Of a stretch of 64,000 bases of DNA, positions 13,451 to 22,976 are shown piece after piece. Positions within the stretch are counted from its first letter, which is position 1. Every line of letters begins with the position of its first letter. The stretch lies in the NCBI GenBank assembly GCA_016788485.1, contig JAEUSV010000165.1:15205-79204 (forward strand), given 5' to 3'. Source of the stretch: Flavobacteriales bacterium (GTDB taxonomy: Bacteria > Bacteroidota > Bacteroidia > Flavobacteriales_F > PHOS-HE28). The notes below the pieces were generated by a model, which was not told the DNA's origin, searched no databases, and was given only the letters and a program-made list of their open reading frames with translations. The position numbers and the translations under genes were made by a program.

Positions 13451-14370
13451 TCGCCGGCATCGACATCGGGGGCACCTCCACCAAGATCGGCCTGGTGCGC
13501 GACGACCGGGTGATCGACACCGTGCGCATCGCCACCGCCGGCCATGATGCGGATGGAACCGCGCCGGGCAGCGCCTTCGCCGATGCGATCACGATGGCCG
13601 TGCGCGGACTACAGGAGAAGCACGGACTGGTGCGCGCCGCCGGCATCGGCGCCCCGAACGGCAACCAGCATACCGGCACCATCGACAGGGCGCCCAACCT
13701 GCCCTGGAAGAGCGATGTGCCGCTGGCTTCGATGCTCACCGAGCGCTTGGGCGTGCCCTGCACCCTGGGCAACGATGCCAACGCCGCGGCCCTGGGCGAG
13801 TGGCGTTACGGTGCCGGACGCGGCTGCAACGACCTGCTGGTGGTGACCCTCGGCACCGGCCTGGGCAGCGGCATCATCACCGGCGGCAAGTTGTTGCTTG
13901 GCCCTTACGGGAATGCCGGTGAACTGGGGCACACCACCCTGGTGATGGACGGACGCCTCTGCACCTGTGGGCGCAAAGGCTGCCTGGAGACCTACGTTAG
14001 CATCCGTGGGATGCGCCAGACCTACCTCGACCTGGCCGACAGTTCCGAACCGCTGAAGCAGGAAGGCGTGCTGCCCATCGCTGAACAGGCGCGCTTAGGC
14101 GAGGATGCGGCCATCCAGACCTTTCGGGACACGGCCCGCTGGCTTTCGATCGGCCTCGCCAACGCGGTGGCCTTCACCGTTCCCAAGCGGATCGTGCTGT
14201 TCGGTGGTATCGCCCGCAATGGGGACCTGCTCATGTCGCCATTGATGCAGTTCTTCGAGAAGGACCTGTTCTACATCTACCACGGCAAGGTGGAGCTGAT
14301 GCTGAGCGCCCTTCCCGAGGATGACGCCGGTATCCTGGGCGCCGCCGCGCTCACCGCCCTCGCCGACTGA
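13447..14370 (+). CDS. ROK-family sugar kinase (glucokinase/N-acetylglucosamine kinase type)
   Basis: Track ORF 13162..14370 trimmed to ATG 13447, which overlaps the permease TGA (ATGA). Contains GIDIGGTSTKIG and the ROK zinc motif GHTTLVMDGRLCTCGRKGCLETY. Confidence 0.88.
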   Translation: MIAGIDIGGTSTKIGLVRDDRVIDTVRIATAGHDADGTAPGSAFADAITMAVRGLQEKHGLVRAAGIGAPNGNQHTGTIDRAPNLPWKSDVPLASMLTERLGVPCTLGNDANAAALGEWRYGAGRGCNDLLVVTLGTGLGSGIITGGKLLLGPYGNAGELGHTTLVMDGRLCTCGRKGCLETYVSIRGMRQTYLDLADSSEPLKQEGVLPIAEQARLGEDAAIQTFRDTARWLSIGLANAVAFTVPKRIVLFGGIARNGDLLMSPLMQFFEKDLFYIYHGKVELMLSALPEDDAGILGAAALTALAD

Positions 14371-14397
14371 CCCCTTCGCGTTACAACACCCGACACC

Positions 14398-17313
14398 ATG
14401 CGCCACGCCTGGCCACGCACGCTCCTCCCCGCCCTCCTGCTCGGGCTTTCGTCCGCCACCATGGCCCAGCGCGACCTGGCACGCACCCTGGTGAACCCCT
14501 TCATCGGCACCGGCGGCCATGGACACACCTTCCCGGGGGCCTGCGTACCGAACGGACTGGTCCAGCTAAGCCCTGACACTCGTCCCGACGGCATGATGGA
14601 CTGGGACGGTTGTGGTGGCTACCACCATAGCGACAGCCTCATCTACGGGTTCAGCCACACGCACCTGAGCGGCACCGGGGTGGCCGACCTGTGCGATGTG
14701 CTCATCATGCCCATGAGCGGCGCATACTCCTTCGACCCGAAGGAGTATCGCTCCCGCTTCAGCCATGCGAACGAGTCCGCCAACGCGGGCTACTACCGGG
14801 TGCTGCTGGACGACGAGCGGACCGTGGCCGAGATGACCACCACCGCGCGCACCGGTGTGCACCGCTACACGATGCCCCAGGACAAGGACCAGTACCTGGT
14901 GCTCGATCTCGCGCACCGGGACAGGCTGCTGGCGTCGCGCATCCATCAGGAGGGACTGGAGATCATCGGCGAACGGCGAAGCGCTTCGTGGGCCCGCGAC
15001 CAGCGGATGTTCTTCTGCATCCGGATCGGACGCCCCAGCGGACCGGTCGGGATCGGCATCACCTACAACGCCGACAGCACCAAGGCCGCGATCGGCGTCA
15101 AACGGGAGGATGCGGGACCGATCATCGTCAAGGTGGGTGTTTCGGCCGTGAGCGTGGAAGGTGCGCGTGCGAACCTCGAGGCCGAGGTGCCCGGTTGGGA
15201 CTTCGACGCGGTGCGTGCGCAAGCCGAGACCGCGTGGAACGCCAAGCTGGGCAAGGTGCAGGTGGAAGGCGGCACACCCGCCCAGCAACGCGTTTTCTAT
15301 ACCGCGCTCTACCACTGTTATGTGGCGCCTTACGTGTTCAATGATGTGGATGGCCGCTACCGCGGCATGGACGGACAGGTGCACCAGGCCGACCACAACG
15401 TGTACACCGTGTTCAGCCTGTGGGACACCTTCCGTGGGCTGCACCCGTTGATGACCATCCTGGAGCCCGACATGACGCGCGACTGGATCCGCACCTTCCT
15501 GCTGCACTACCAGCAGGGCGGCCGGTTGCCGGTGTGGGAGCTGTGGGGCAACGAGACCGACTGCATGATCGGCTACCACAGCGTGAGCGTGATCGCCGAT
15601 GCGCATCGCAAGGGCATCAGGGGCTTCGACGAGCAGCTCGCCCTGAAGGCCATGCGCGCCAGCGCCGACCGCGACGAGCCGGGCCTGAACGCCTACCGCA
15701 CCAAGGGATTCATCAGCAGCGAGGACCAGAGCGAGAGCGTGAGCAAGACCTTGGAGTATGCCTACAACGATGCCTGCATCGCACGTTACCAGGCCCGTCT
15801 GGAGGGCATGGGCGGTGATGCCCATCCCCCGCTGGCGATGCGGGCCACGAGCTACCGTAACCTGTACGACCCGTCCACCGGCTTTTTCCGCGCGCGTCGC
15901 AACGGCGGCTTCGTCGGCGGCTTCGATCCGTTCGAGGTGAACTTCAACTTCACCGAGGCCAACGCCTGGCAGTACAGCCTCTTCGTGCCGCAGGACATCG
16001 AGGACCTGATCGCCCTGCACGGCGGGGATGCAGCGCTGGCCGGCCACCTGGACAAGCTCTTCGCGGCGAACAGCGCCACGAGCGGCCGTGAGCAGGCCGA
16101 CATCACGGGGCTCATCGGCCAGTACGCGCATGGCAACGAGCCCAGCCACCACATGGCCTACCTGTACAACCGCGTGGGCCGGCCCGAACGCACGCGTGCC
16201 CTGGTGAAGCGGATCATGGACGAGCAGTACCACGACGCGCCCGACGGCCTCAGCGGCAACGAGGATTGCGGGCAGATGAGCGCGTGGTACGTGCTGAGCG
16301 CCCTGGGGCTCTACCCCATCTCCCCCGGGATCGACGACAGCTACGAGCTGGGTCATCCCCTCTTCGACCGGGCCGAAGTGCGCCTGCCCAACGGCAGGAC
16401 CTGGAGCACGGCCATCACCGCGCCTGAGGCCTGGGGGGCGACCCTGCCTGCGGACACGGCCCATATGCTCCGCAAGGTGCCGGCGCGCGTCCACCACGGC
16501 GACCTGCTGGCGGGCGGTGTCATGCACTTCCGTGCGGACCGCAGCCCCTACCCGACCTTCGAGCGGATGCCCTTGGTGCTGGATGGTGCGTATGTCGGGG
16601 AACGCCGCACCACCTCCTGCGATCGCCCCGGCGCCCCGGTGATCGAAGCCGCCTCGGCCGCGTTCATGGACAGCCTGGTGGTGGTCGTGCGCGGCAAGGC
16701 CGACAGCATCGTGGTGGTGGAAGGCGGCCAGACCTTCCGCGCCGCTGGTTGCACACCTTTCACGCTGCACCGCTCCGCCACGGTGACCGCGCACTGGAGC
16801 AGCGTGCTCGCACCCGTCACCGCGCGTTACACGCGCACCGAGGGCGGCCTCTCGATCGCGTTGGACAGCAAGTACTCCAACCAGTACGCCGCGGGCGGCG
16901 ACCGTGCCTTGATCGACGGGCTGCGGGGTTCACCGGATTTCCGCACTGGCGAATGGCAGGGCTACCACGGCCAGGATGTGCTCATCACCATCGACCTCGG
17001 CGCGGTCAAGAAGCTGAAGCGTGTGGGCCTGGGCATGCTGCAGGACGAGAACTCCTGGATCTGGTACCCCGAGCTGGTGGACGTGGCATGGAGCACCAAC
17101 GGACGGCAATGGAGCAGCACCGTACTGAAGCCCGGTGTTGACAGGAAAGCCCAGGGAGCCCTCACCATGGACCTGTGGAGCGGCGCGATCGGCAAGAAGG
17201 CCCGCTACATCAAGGTGATGGCGAAGAACGGTGGTCCCTGTCCCGACTGGCACAAGGGCAAGGGCGGCACCACGTGGATCTTCCTGGACGAAGTGCTGAT
17301 CGACATGGAGTGA
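14398..17313 (+). CDS. GH92 alpha-mannosidase with C-terminal discoidin (F5/8 type C)-like domain
   Basis: 971 aa with a signal peptide. GTGGHGHTFPGACVPNGLVQLSPDT and YAHGNEPSHHMAYLYN are typical GH92 motifs. The last ~150 aa (WQGYHGQDVLITIDLG ... IFLDEVLI) look discoidin-like. Confidence 0.9.
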   Translation: MRHAWPRTLLPALLLGLSSATMAQRDLARTLVNPFIGTGGHGHTFPGACVPNGLVQLSPDTRPDGMMDWDGCGGYHHSDSLIYGFSHTHLSGTGVADLCDVLIMPMSGAYSFDPKEYRSRFSHANESANAGYYRVLLDDERTVAEMTTTARTGVHRYTMPQDKDQYLVLDLAHRDRLLASRIHQEGLEIIGERRSASWARDQRMFFCIRIGRPSGPVGIGITYNADSTKAAIGVKREDAGPIIVKVGVSAVSVEGARANLEAEVPGWDFDAVRAQAETAWNAKLGKVQVEGGTPAQQRVFYTALYHCYVAPYVFNDVDGRYRGMDGQVHQADHNVYTVFSLWDTFRGLHPLMTILEPDMTRDWIRTFLLHYQQGGRLPVWELWGNETDCMIGYHSVSVIADAHRKGIRGFDEQLALKAMRASADRDEPGLNAYRTKGFISSEDQSESVSKTLEYAYNDACIARYQARLEGMGGDAHPPLAMRATSYRNLYDPSTGFFRARRNGGFVGGFDPFEVNFNFTEANAWQYSLFVPQDIEDLIALHGGDAALAGHLDKLFAANSATSGREQADITGLIGQYAHGNEPSHHMAYLYNRVGRPERTRALVKRIMDEQYHDAPDGLSGNEDCGQMSAWYVLSALGLYPISPGIDDSYELGHPLFDRAEVRLPNGRTWSTAITAPEAWGATLPADTAHMLRKVPARVHHGDLLAGGVMHFRADRSPYPTFERMPLVLDGAYVGERRTTSCDRPGAPVIEAASAAFMDSLVVVVRGKADSIVVVEGGQTFRAAGCTPFTLHRSATVTAHWSSVLAPVTARYTRTEGGLSIALDSKYSNQYAAGGDRALIDGLRGSPDFRTGEWQGYHGQDVLITIDLGAVKKLKRVGLGMLQDENSWIWYPELVDVAWSTNGRQWSSTVLKPGVDRKAQGALTMDLWSGAIGKKARYIKVMAKNGGPCPDWHKGKGGTTWIFLDEVLIDME

Positions 17314-17557
17314 CACGTTCAGCCGGGCGGACCGGATGGCTGCGAACAGCTCGTGGGTCCCACCGAACGGGCATTTCGCCTTGATCCTGTCGAGCTGGTC
17401 GAACCACGAGTGTCATCCTCGTGCCTTACCCGGGAACGGGTTCCTCGTTGGGTACGCTTCACCTTGGTGGAACAGGCCGTGGTGCATGGCCCCGCGAAAC
17501 GGTCCACACATGCTCAAGGCACCGCTTCGGGACCGCTGCGGAATTCCGGGAAAGAAG

Positions 17558-17581
17558 AAGGCCCGGATCGCTCCGGGCCTT
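17558..17581. terminator. Stem-loop terminator in the convergent spacer
   Basis: aaggcccgga (17558..17567), loop tcgc, tccgggcctt (17572..17581). A perfect 10-bp stem located 21 nt from the stop of the minus-strand T9SS cargo gene. Confidence 0.5.
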
Positions 17582-17601
17582 CCATCGATCATGCGAAGTG
17601 A

Positions 17602-19518
17602 TCAGCGTGCCACCATGATGCGCTGGGTGAGCAGCTGGCCTTCGGTGGTCACCTGGATCATGTACTGGCCGTTCGCCAGGCCACCGAGGTCGATCGTGTT
17701 GTAACCGGCCACGAGGTTGTTCGCAGGCACGGACAGCACCTGACGACCGGCCACATCGAGCACCACCACCGAGAGGGGGAGCGCCGAGCCATCGGCCATC
17801 TGCAGGTACACCACGCCATCGGTGGGGTTCGGGTACACCCGGAATCCCTCCACCTTGAGCTCCTCCACGCCCACGGCACCGCATTGCACATCCCACGTGA
17901 GGGGGTTGTCGTACTGGCCGTCCTGGCAAGAACCCGCCCCATCGCTCATCACCACGAAGGTGAGCGTGTTGTCCACGTTGGCGGAGTTCAGGGCGAAGTT
18001 GGACATGTCGCCACCGTTGTTCCCGAAGAAGATCACGGCGCTCAGCACGGAATTACCGTTGTAGAACAGGACCTTGTCGTTGGGACCGAGGTCGCCGGAG
18101 AGGAAGCGGATGGTGATGGGCACGTTCTGCGTGCTGGCATAGGCGAACCAGGCGGTATCGCTGTTCTGGTAGCACCAGCTGTAGTTGGCCGAACCGCAGG
18201 TGTCCACGATGCAGGTGTCGGTGTCGTACCCCAGGTAGGGGCTCACCACCCGGCAGAGGGTATTGTCGTTGTTGAACACGGTCACCTTCGTGGAGTCGTT
18301 ACCCATCTCGAATGGTCCGAGGAGCGTGGTGCCGGCCGGGATGTTGAACAGGGTGTCGCCGCTGTAGGTATCGTAGATGTTCACGGCGGTGGCGCTGCCC
18401 AGGCTGTCCACGTTCACGGCCACCTGGAAGGTGCGGTGCACGCAATCCGGGATCACTTCGAATTCGGTGGTGGTGGGATCGCAGTCCAGGCAACCTACCG
18501 TGTACACCCAGGTCTGCATGGATCCGCTCTGGCAGCTCACTGATGCGTCCGAGCTGGCCTTCATGAAGATGTCCGGCCCCGTGCTCACGATGAGCAGGCC
18601 GGAAAGGTCGAAGGTGGAGAACTGGGTGTGCGACCAGATCAGCGGGTACGTGTCATCCGGACCGTCGTAGAAGTAGAGCTCGTCCCAGGTCACGCTCTCG
18701 ATGGTGCCCGAGGAGAACAGGATCGCGAGCGGCTGGCCACCGGAGGACTGGTAATGCCAGGTCTCGTTCATGTTGTTCGGGTAGCAGTAGGATACGTTGA
18801 GCTCGGGAAGGGCACAGTCGATCAGGATGGGGCAGTTACCCTGTGCGGCGAGATCGTTGTAGGTGACATTGCACGCCGGGTCGAACTCATGGGCCACCAC
18901 CAGGTCCACGATGTCAACGTTCGGGAAGGGTCCGAGCACGTAGGTGCCGGCGCTCAGGCCAGGCTGGCTGATGAACGCACCACCGTTCTGGTTGTAGCTC
19001 AGGGTCACGGTGGCACCATCGCCCGTGTTCAGCACGTTCACCGTGATGGAGAAGGTGCTCGAGGCGCAATCCTCCGTGATCTGGTAGGTCACCGAGGCCG
19101 GGATGCAGTTCAACAGCAGCTGCACCGTGGTGGTCGCACAGTTGATGGCCGTTCCGCACAGGTCATCGGTGTTCCAGTGGGCGAAGAGGTTGCCCGAGGT
19201 GGCGGCGGTGGCCACGACCGGGCTGTAGCCCTGGCCCACGATGGGGCCATCGTACGTGTCCTGGTGCACCGTGATGTAGCCACCGGTGCTAAGGAGGAAC
19301 TGGTAGCTGGCTCCGGCCACGATGTTGCTGACCTCGGAGTACTCCTGCTCGTACGAACAGGTGGAGATGGTGGTGACCGCCCCACCGGGGTCCGGGGCCG
19401 TAGCGGCGCCGGGGTACATGATGGTGTTCACGCAGCCTCCCTGCCCCTGTGCATCTGCGAGCACGAGCAAGGCTGAAGCGGCCAGGAACAAGCGGGAAAG
19501 GGGTCGAAATGCGTTCAT
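17602..19518 (-). CDS. Modular Cys-rich secreted protein with T9SS C-terminal sorting domain
   Basis: 638 aa. Signal peptide MNAFRPLSRLFLAASALLVLADAQG. The C-terminal ~80 aa (FRVYPNPTDGVVYLQ...GQYMIQVTTEGQLLTQRIMVAR) fit the T9SS CTD pattern. Internally repeated CUB-like and Ig-like modules are present. Confidence 0.8.
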   Translation of the reverse strand: MNAFRPLSRLFLAASALLVLADAQGQGGCVNTIMYPGAATAPDPGGAVTTISTCSYEQEYSEVSNIVAGASYQFLLSTGGYITVHQDTYDGPIVGQGYSPVVATAATSGNLFAHWNTDDLCGTAINCATTTVQLLLNCIPASVTYQITEDCASSTFSITVNVLNTGDGATVTLSYNQNGGAFISQPGLSAGTYVLGPFPNVDIVDLVVAHEFDPACNVTYNDLAAQGNCPILIDCALPELNVSYCYPNNMNETWHYQSSGGQPLAILFSSGTIESVTWDELYFYDGPDDTYPLIWSHTQFSTFDLSGLLIVSTGPDIFMKASSDASVSCQSGSMQTWVYTVGCLDCDPTTTEFEVIPDCVHRTFQVAVNVDSLGSATAVNIYDTYSGDTLFNIPAGTTLLGPFEMGNDSTKVTVFNNDNTLCRVVSPYLGYDTDTCIVDTCGSANYSWCYQNSDTAWFAYASTQNVPITIRFLSGDLGPNDKVLFYNGNSVLSAVIFFGNNGGDMSNFALNSANVDNTLTFVVMSDGAGSCQDGQYDNPLTWDVQCGAVGVEELKVEGFRVYPNPTDGVVYLQMADGSALPLSVVVLDVAGRQVLSVPANNLVAGYNTIDLGGLANGQYMIQVTTEGQLLTQRIMVAR

Positions 19519-19631
19519 GCGGTTGTTCGGGTGGATTCACCGATAGGCCCCGAAGGTAGGGATCCGTGCCGATGTCCCAACCGGTCCCGGCACGTCATTC
19601 CCACAGCCTACCGTGGAGATCCAAGGCCCGC

Positions 19632-22136
19632 TCAATGGGGCCATTGCTGCACGTCGGGCTCCGCGCCCGCCCCTGTGACCGTGATGGTCCTCGGGGCACC
19701 TGGAAGCAGGGTCAGGTAGTTGTCGCTGAAGGACAGGCCGGTGCCTCGCAGCACCACCACCGGTACGGGGCGGTCCGTCGTGAGCCGGTACTGCCGCTCG
19801 CCCTGGGCACCGGGAAGGCTTTCCACCCGGATCGACGCTTTCGCCCAGGCCATGTCGCCCAAGCGCCGCATGGTCAGCACCCGCTCCGCGGCCACCCCGC
19901 CTGCGCCATCGATCACGGCCACGCGCACCAAGGTGCTGTCCTCGCCCCCTCCCTTGAGCCAGGCTGAAAGGTCCAGCTTGGTGAGCACCGTGCTCCCGAA
20001 GGCCATGGGCATGCGCGTGGTATCGTTCAGGGCCACGGTCCCGTCCGTGCGATACACCTGGGTCACCACACGGGCATGCTTCAGGTCGGTGCGCTCGTTC
20101 CACAATTGCACCACCACCTCGTTCCTCGACCGCTCGAGGTTGAGGACAAGGGGTGCATAGGCGCGCTTCACCTCGTACATGGCGGCCTTCCAAGTGCCCA
20201 GGTGGTCCACGGTGCTCCAGCTTGGGCCGGCCCATACATCGTTGAGCTGCCAGAACAGGGTGCCCATGCAGTGGGGCTGACCGGTCACGTGCGCCCAGAT
20301 GGCCTGCCGGTAGGCTTCGGCCTGGGCAAGCTGGCTGAACAGGATGAACTCACCGAGGTAGGACGGGCGCACCCCGAACTCCCGGTCGATGGCGGTCCAG
20401 ATGGGCTTGTCGGTCCGGTAGCTCCGCTGCCGTCGCTCAAGCATGGGCGAGCCCAGCACCAGGTACTGGGGATCGATCTGCGTGGCAAGGGTCGAGCTGT
20501 CCGGGTAGCTCTGGAAACCGTATTCGGACATGAAGCGGCCCACGTTGCGCCCATAGGCCGAGAACGCGGAATCGGCGTGCCAGACACCCCAGTAGTGCAG
20601 GTTGCCTTCCTTGAGGCCGCTGGCCTTGCCCCAGTTGCTCAGGGGGGAGGTGGGCGTGTAGAGGGTCCCCCACTCCACCGCATCGCGGAACCGGCGCTCG
20701 AAGAGGTTCTCGTACTCCTTCGCGGCCCGGCGCTGGAGGTCGCTGCCCAGCTTGTAGGTCTTCTCCCAGCCCCAGTTCTTCCAGGCCACATCGAGCTCGT
20801 TGTTGCCGCACATCAGGGCCAGTGAAGGGTGGTTCCAGAGGCGGGCCACCTGCTCGTTCACCTCGGGCATGGTCCGTTCCAGGCCAGCCTCATCACCGGG
20901 CGGCTGGTAGGCGAACATCAGGTCCTGCCACACCAGGATGCCGGCCGTATCGCAGGCGTCGAAGAAGATGTCGGGCGGGTACACCCCGCCGGCCCATACG
21001 CGCACCATGTTCATGCCCGCACGCCGCATGTCGCGGACACGGGCGAGCCACAGGCTGTCGTTGCCGGCGTGCGGCAGGCTCGTGGGAGGAACGAGGTTGC
21101 AGCCCTTCATGAAGCGCGGGCTACCATTGACGATGAAGCGGAAGGGCTTGCCCGCCTCATCGGGCCGCTGATCGAGCTCCACGGTCCGCACGCCCACGTT
21201 CACCCGCATGGTGGAGGCCGGCCGTTGCTCCACGGCCAGGTCGACGATCAGCGGTTGCACGTAGGCACGCTCCTTCCGGCCGGGCTCCCACATGGGCACG
21301 TTGAACAGGGTGGCGTCGACCTCCTCGCCCGTGAGCCGCTGGTACTTCTGGTGCGGCCCTTCGTTGCCGCCATTGATCTCGCCGATGCGGTACGACTTGC
21401 GGATGAGGGTGCCATCGGGCACGTCGGTGAATGTGCGCACACGCATGTTCACCGTGCTGGACATGGCGGTGGGCGTTTCTGGCAGCGGGTCGACCTTGAG
21501 GTTCATCAACCGCCCCTTGTCCCACACACGAAGCTCCACGGGGCGCCAGATACCGCAGGTCACCAACCGCGGCGCGAAATCCCATCCGAACTGGTAGGCG
21601 GCCTTGCGCACATACGGGGCCACGCCACTGGGATCGCTGTCGTGCGGCAGTTGAAAGCCATAGGCATTGCGCACCTTGCCTCCTTCCCGCACGGGGCTGC
21701 GGAACACCACGCGCAGTTCGTTCTGCCCGGCGCGCAACAGGCGCTTCACGGGCCATTCCCAGGTGCGGAACATATTGTCGGTGCGCCCGAGTAAGGTGTC
21801 GTTCAGGGTCACCTCGGCATAGGTGTCGAGGCCGTGGAACACCAGGTCAACGTGCTCCCGCCCGAGCACCGCCGCGTCCACGCGGAAACTGCACTGGTAC
21901 TCCCAGTCCTCGTTCTCCACCCACACCACGCTGTCGGCGTTGGCGTTGCGCATGGGATCCGGGATCATGCGGTTGCGCAACAGGTCGTCGTGCACGGTGC
22001 CGGGCACGCCCGCGGGCCGCCATTCACCGCCGCCCGCCTTCCGGAAGGTCCATCCCTCGTGCAGGGGGAGCAGGGCTTCCTGGGCCGCGGAGGCAAGGGC
22101 CAGGGCGATGCCGAGGATCAGGGCGGTTCGTCTCAT
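19632..22136 (-). CDS. GH2 beta-mannosidase
   Basis: 834 aa with a signal peptide. The N-terminal region WTFRKAGGGEWRPAGVPGTVHDDLLRNRMIPDP, the acid/base region MCGNNELD and the nucleophile region FMSEYGFQSYP are as in beta-mannosidases. Confidence 0.88.
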   Translation of the reverse strand: MRRTALILGIALALASAAQEALLPLHEGWTFRKAGGGEWRPAGVPGTVHDDLLRNRMIPDPMRNANADSVVWVENEDWEYQCSFRVDAAVLGREHVDLVFHGLDTYAEVTLNDTLLGRTDNMFRTWEWPVKRLLRAGQNELRVVFRSPVREGGKVRNAYGFQLPHDSDPSGVAPYVRKAAYQFGWDFAPRLVTCGIWRPVELRVWDKGRLMNLKVDPLPETPTAMSSTVNMRVRTFTDVPDGTLIRKSYRIGEINGGNEGPHQKYQRLTGEEVDATLFNVPMWEPGRKERAYVQPLIVDLAVEQRPASTMRVNVGVRTVELDQRPDEAGKPFRFIVNGSPRFMKGCNLVPPTSLPHAGNDSLWLARVRDMRRAGMNMVRVWAGGVYPPDIFFDACDTAGILVWQDLMFAYQPPGDEAGLERTMPEVNEQVARLWNHPSLALMCGNNELDVAWKNWGWEKTYKLGSDLQRRAAKEYENLFERRFRDAVEWGTLYTPTSPLSNWGKASGLKEGNLHYWGVWHADSAFSAYGRNVGRFMSEYGFQSYPDSSTLATQIDPQYLVLGSPMLERRQRSYRTDKPIWTAIDREFGVRPSYLGEFILFSQLAQAEAYRQAIWAHVTGQPHCMGTLFWQLNDVWAGPSWSTVDHLGTWKAAMYEVKRAYAPLVLNLERSRNEVVVQLWNERTDLKHARVVTQVYRTDGTVALNDTTRMPMAFGSTVLTKLDLSAWLKGGGEDSTLVRVAVIDGAGGVAAERVLTMRRLGDMAWAKASIRVESLPGAQGERQYRLTTDRPVPVVVLRGTGLSFSDNYLTLLPGAPRTITVTGAGAEPDVQQWPH

Positions 22137-22870
22137 CGTAGTCCGGCTTTGGTAAGGGCGTTGAGCACGCCTTCTATCTTGGCCACATCGGCATCGGTCT
22201 CGAAGCTGAGCCCACGGTTGGAGGAGCTCATGCTCACCTCATGCGGCTGGGCCGGCCGCTTCAGTTGTGCGGCGAAGTGGACCTCACGGACACCGGTGCG
22301 CTCCACGAGCTCCACCACGTTGCCGGGGTTGATGCCCCCTGCGGCGGCGACGCGCAATTCCGCACCGGCGCCATCGACCATGGCCTTGATGGTGGGCGCT
22401 CCCTCGAGGGCCAGGGTGCGGCCGCCGCTGGTGAGCACACGGGGCAGCCCTTCGACCAGGCAACGGGTGAAGGCCTGGGCGATGTCGGCGCTGCGGTCGA
22501 TCGCACGGTGGAAGGTGACCTCGGCATCGGGTGCGGCCAGTTTCACCGCCCGGATGAAGGCCATGTCGGGCAGGCCCGCGCTGTCCAGCGCCCCGGCCAC
22601 CAGTCCCACCCCGCCCATGCCGATGAGCATGGCGTCGCGCAGCATGGCCTGTCGTTCGGCCATCGAATACACGAAGCCGCCGCTGGTGGCACGCACGAGC
22701 ACCCGCAGGGGCACGTCCACCTCCTCGCGCACGGTGTTCACGATGCCGTAGCTCGGTGTAACGCCGCCGCAATCGAGCCAGGTGCACAGCTCCACACTGT
22801 CCACCCCGGCCTTGGCGGCGGCGATGGCCTCCCGCACGTCGGTGACGCACACCTCAACGGCTACACGCAT
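22133..22870 (-). CDS. cutC: CutC-family TIM-barrel protein
   Basis: Track ORF 22133..23110(-) trimmed to ATG 22870 (MRVAVEVCVTDVREAIAAAKAGVDSVELC). RVLTSGG and GGINPGNV segments are typical of CutC. Its TGA overlaps the ATG of the beta-mannosidase gene (ATGA at 22133..22136). Confidence 0.85.
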   Translation of the reverse strand: MRVAVEVCVTDVREAIAAAKAGVDSVELCTWLDCGGVTPSYGIVNTVREEVDVPLRVLVRATSGGFVYSMAERQAMLRDAMLIGMGGVGLVAGALDSAGLPDMAFIRAVKLAAPDAEVTFHRAIDRSADIAQAFTRCLVEGLPRVLTSGGRTLALEGAPTIKAMVDGAGAELRVAAAGGINPGNVVELVERTGVREVHFAAQLKRPAQPHEVSMSSSNRGLSFETDADVAKIEGVLNALTKAGLR

Positions 22871-22976
22871 GGCACTGCAAGTAACGCAACGATGGCCTTC
22901 GCCACCAGCCCCAGCCCGGTCGTGCAACCCTGGGGGCGATGCCCCGGTATAAGGGGCGGGGCACTGGCCCCATCCC

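Noticed and set aside
14566-16794. 742-aa minus-strand ORF antisense to the GH92 gene
   Set aside because: Shadow ORF opposite a strongly recognisable GH92 alpha-mannosidase, with no motifs of its own.
17314-17601. 288-nt convergent spacer. On the minus strand a stretch reads HSWFDQLDRIKAKCPFGGTHELFAAIRSARLN with almost all third positions G/C. It is preceded by an in-frame TGA and a short ORF MCGPFRGAMHHGLFHQGEAYPTRNPFPGKARG. I considered a decayed gene or a recoded TGA.
   Set aside because: The GC3-rich stretch has no start codon. The upstream piece has only background GC3. I recognise no family, and the downstream continuation is simply the antisense of the GH92 3' end. The evidence is insufficient for a pseudogene or selenoprotein call. 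It could be revisited with tblastn.
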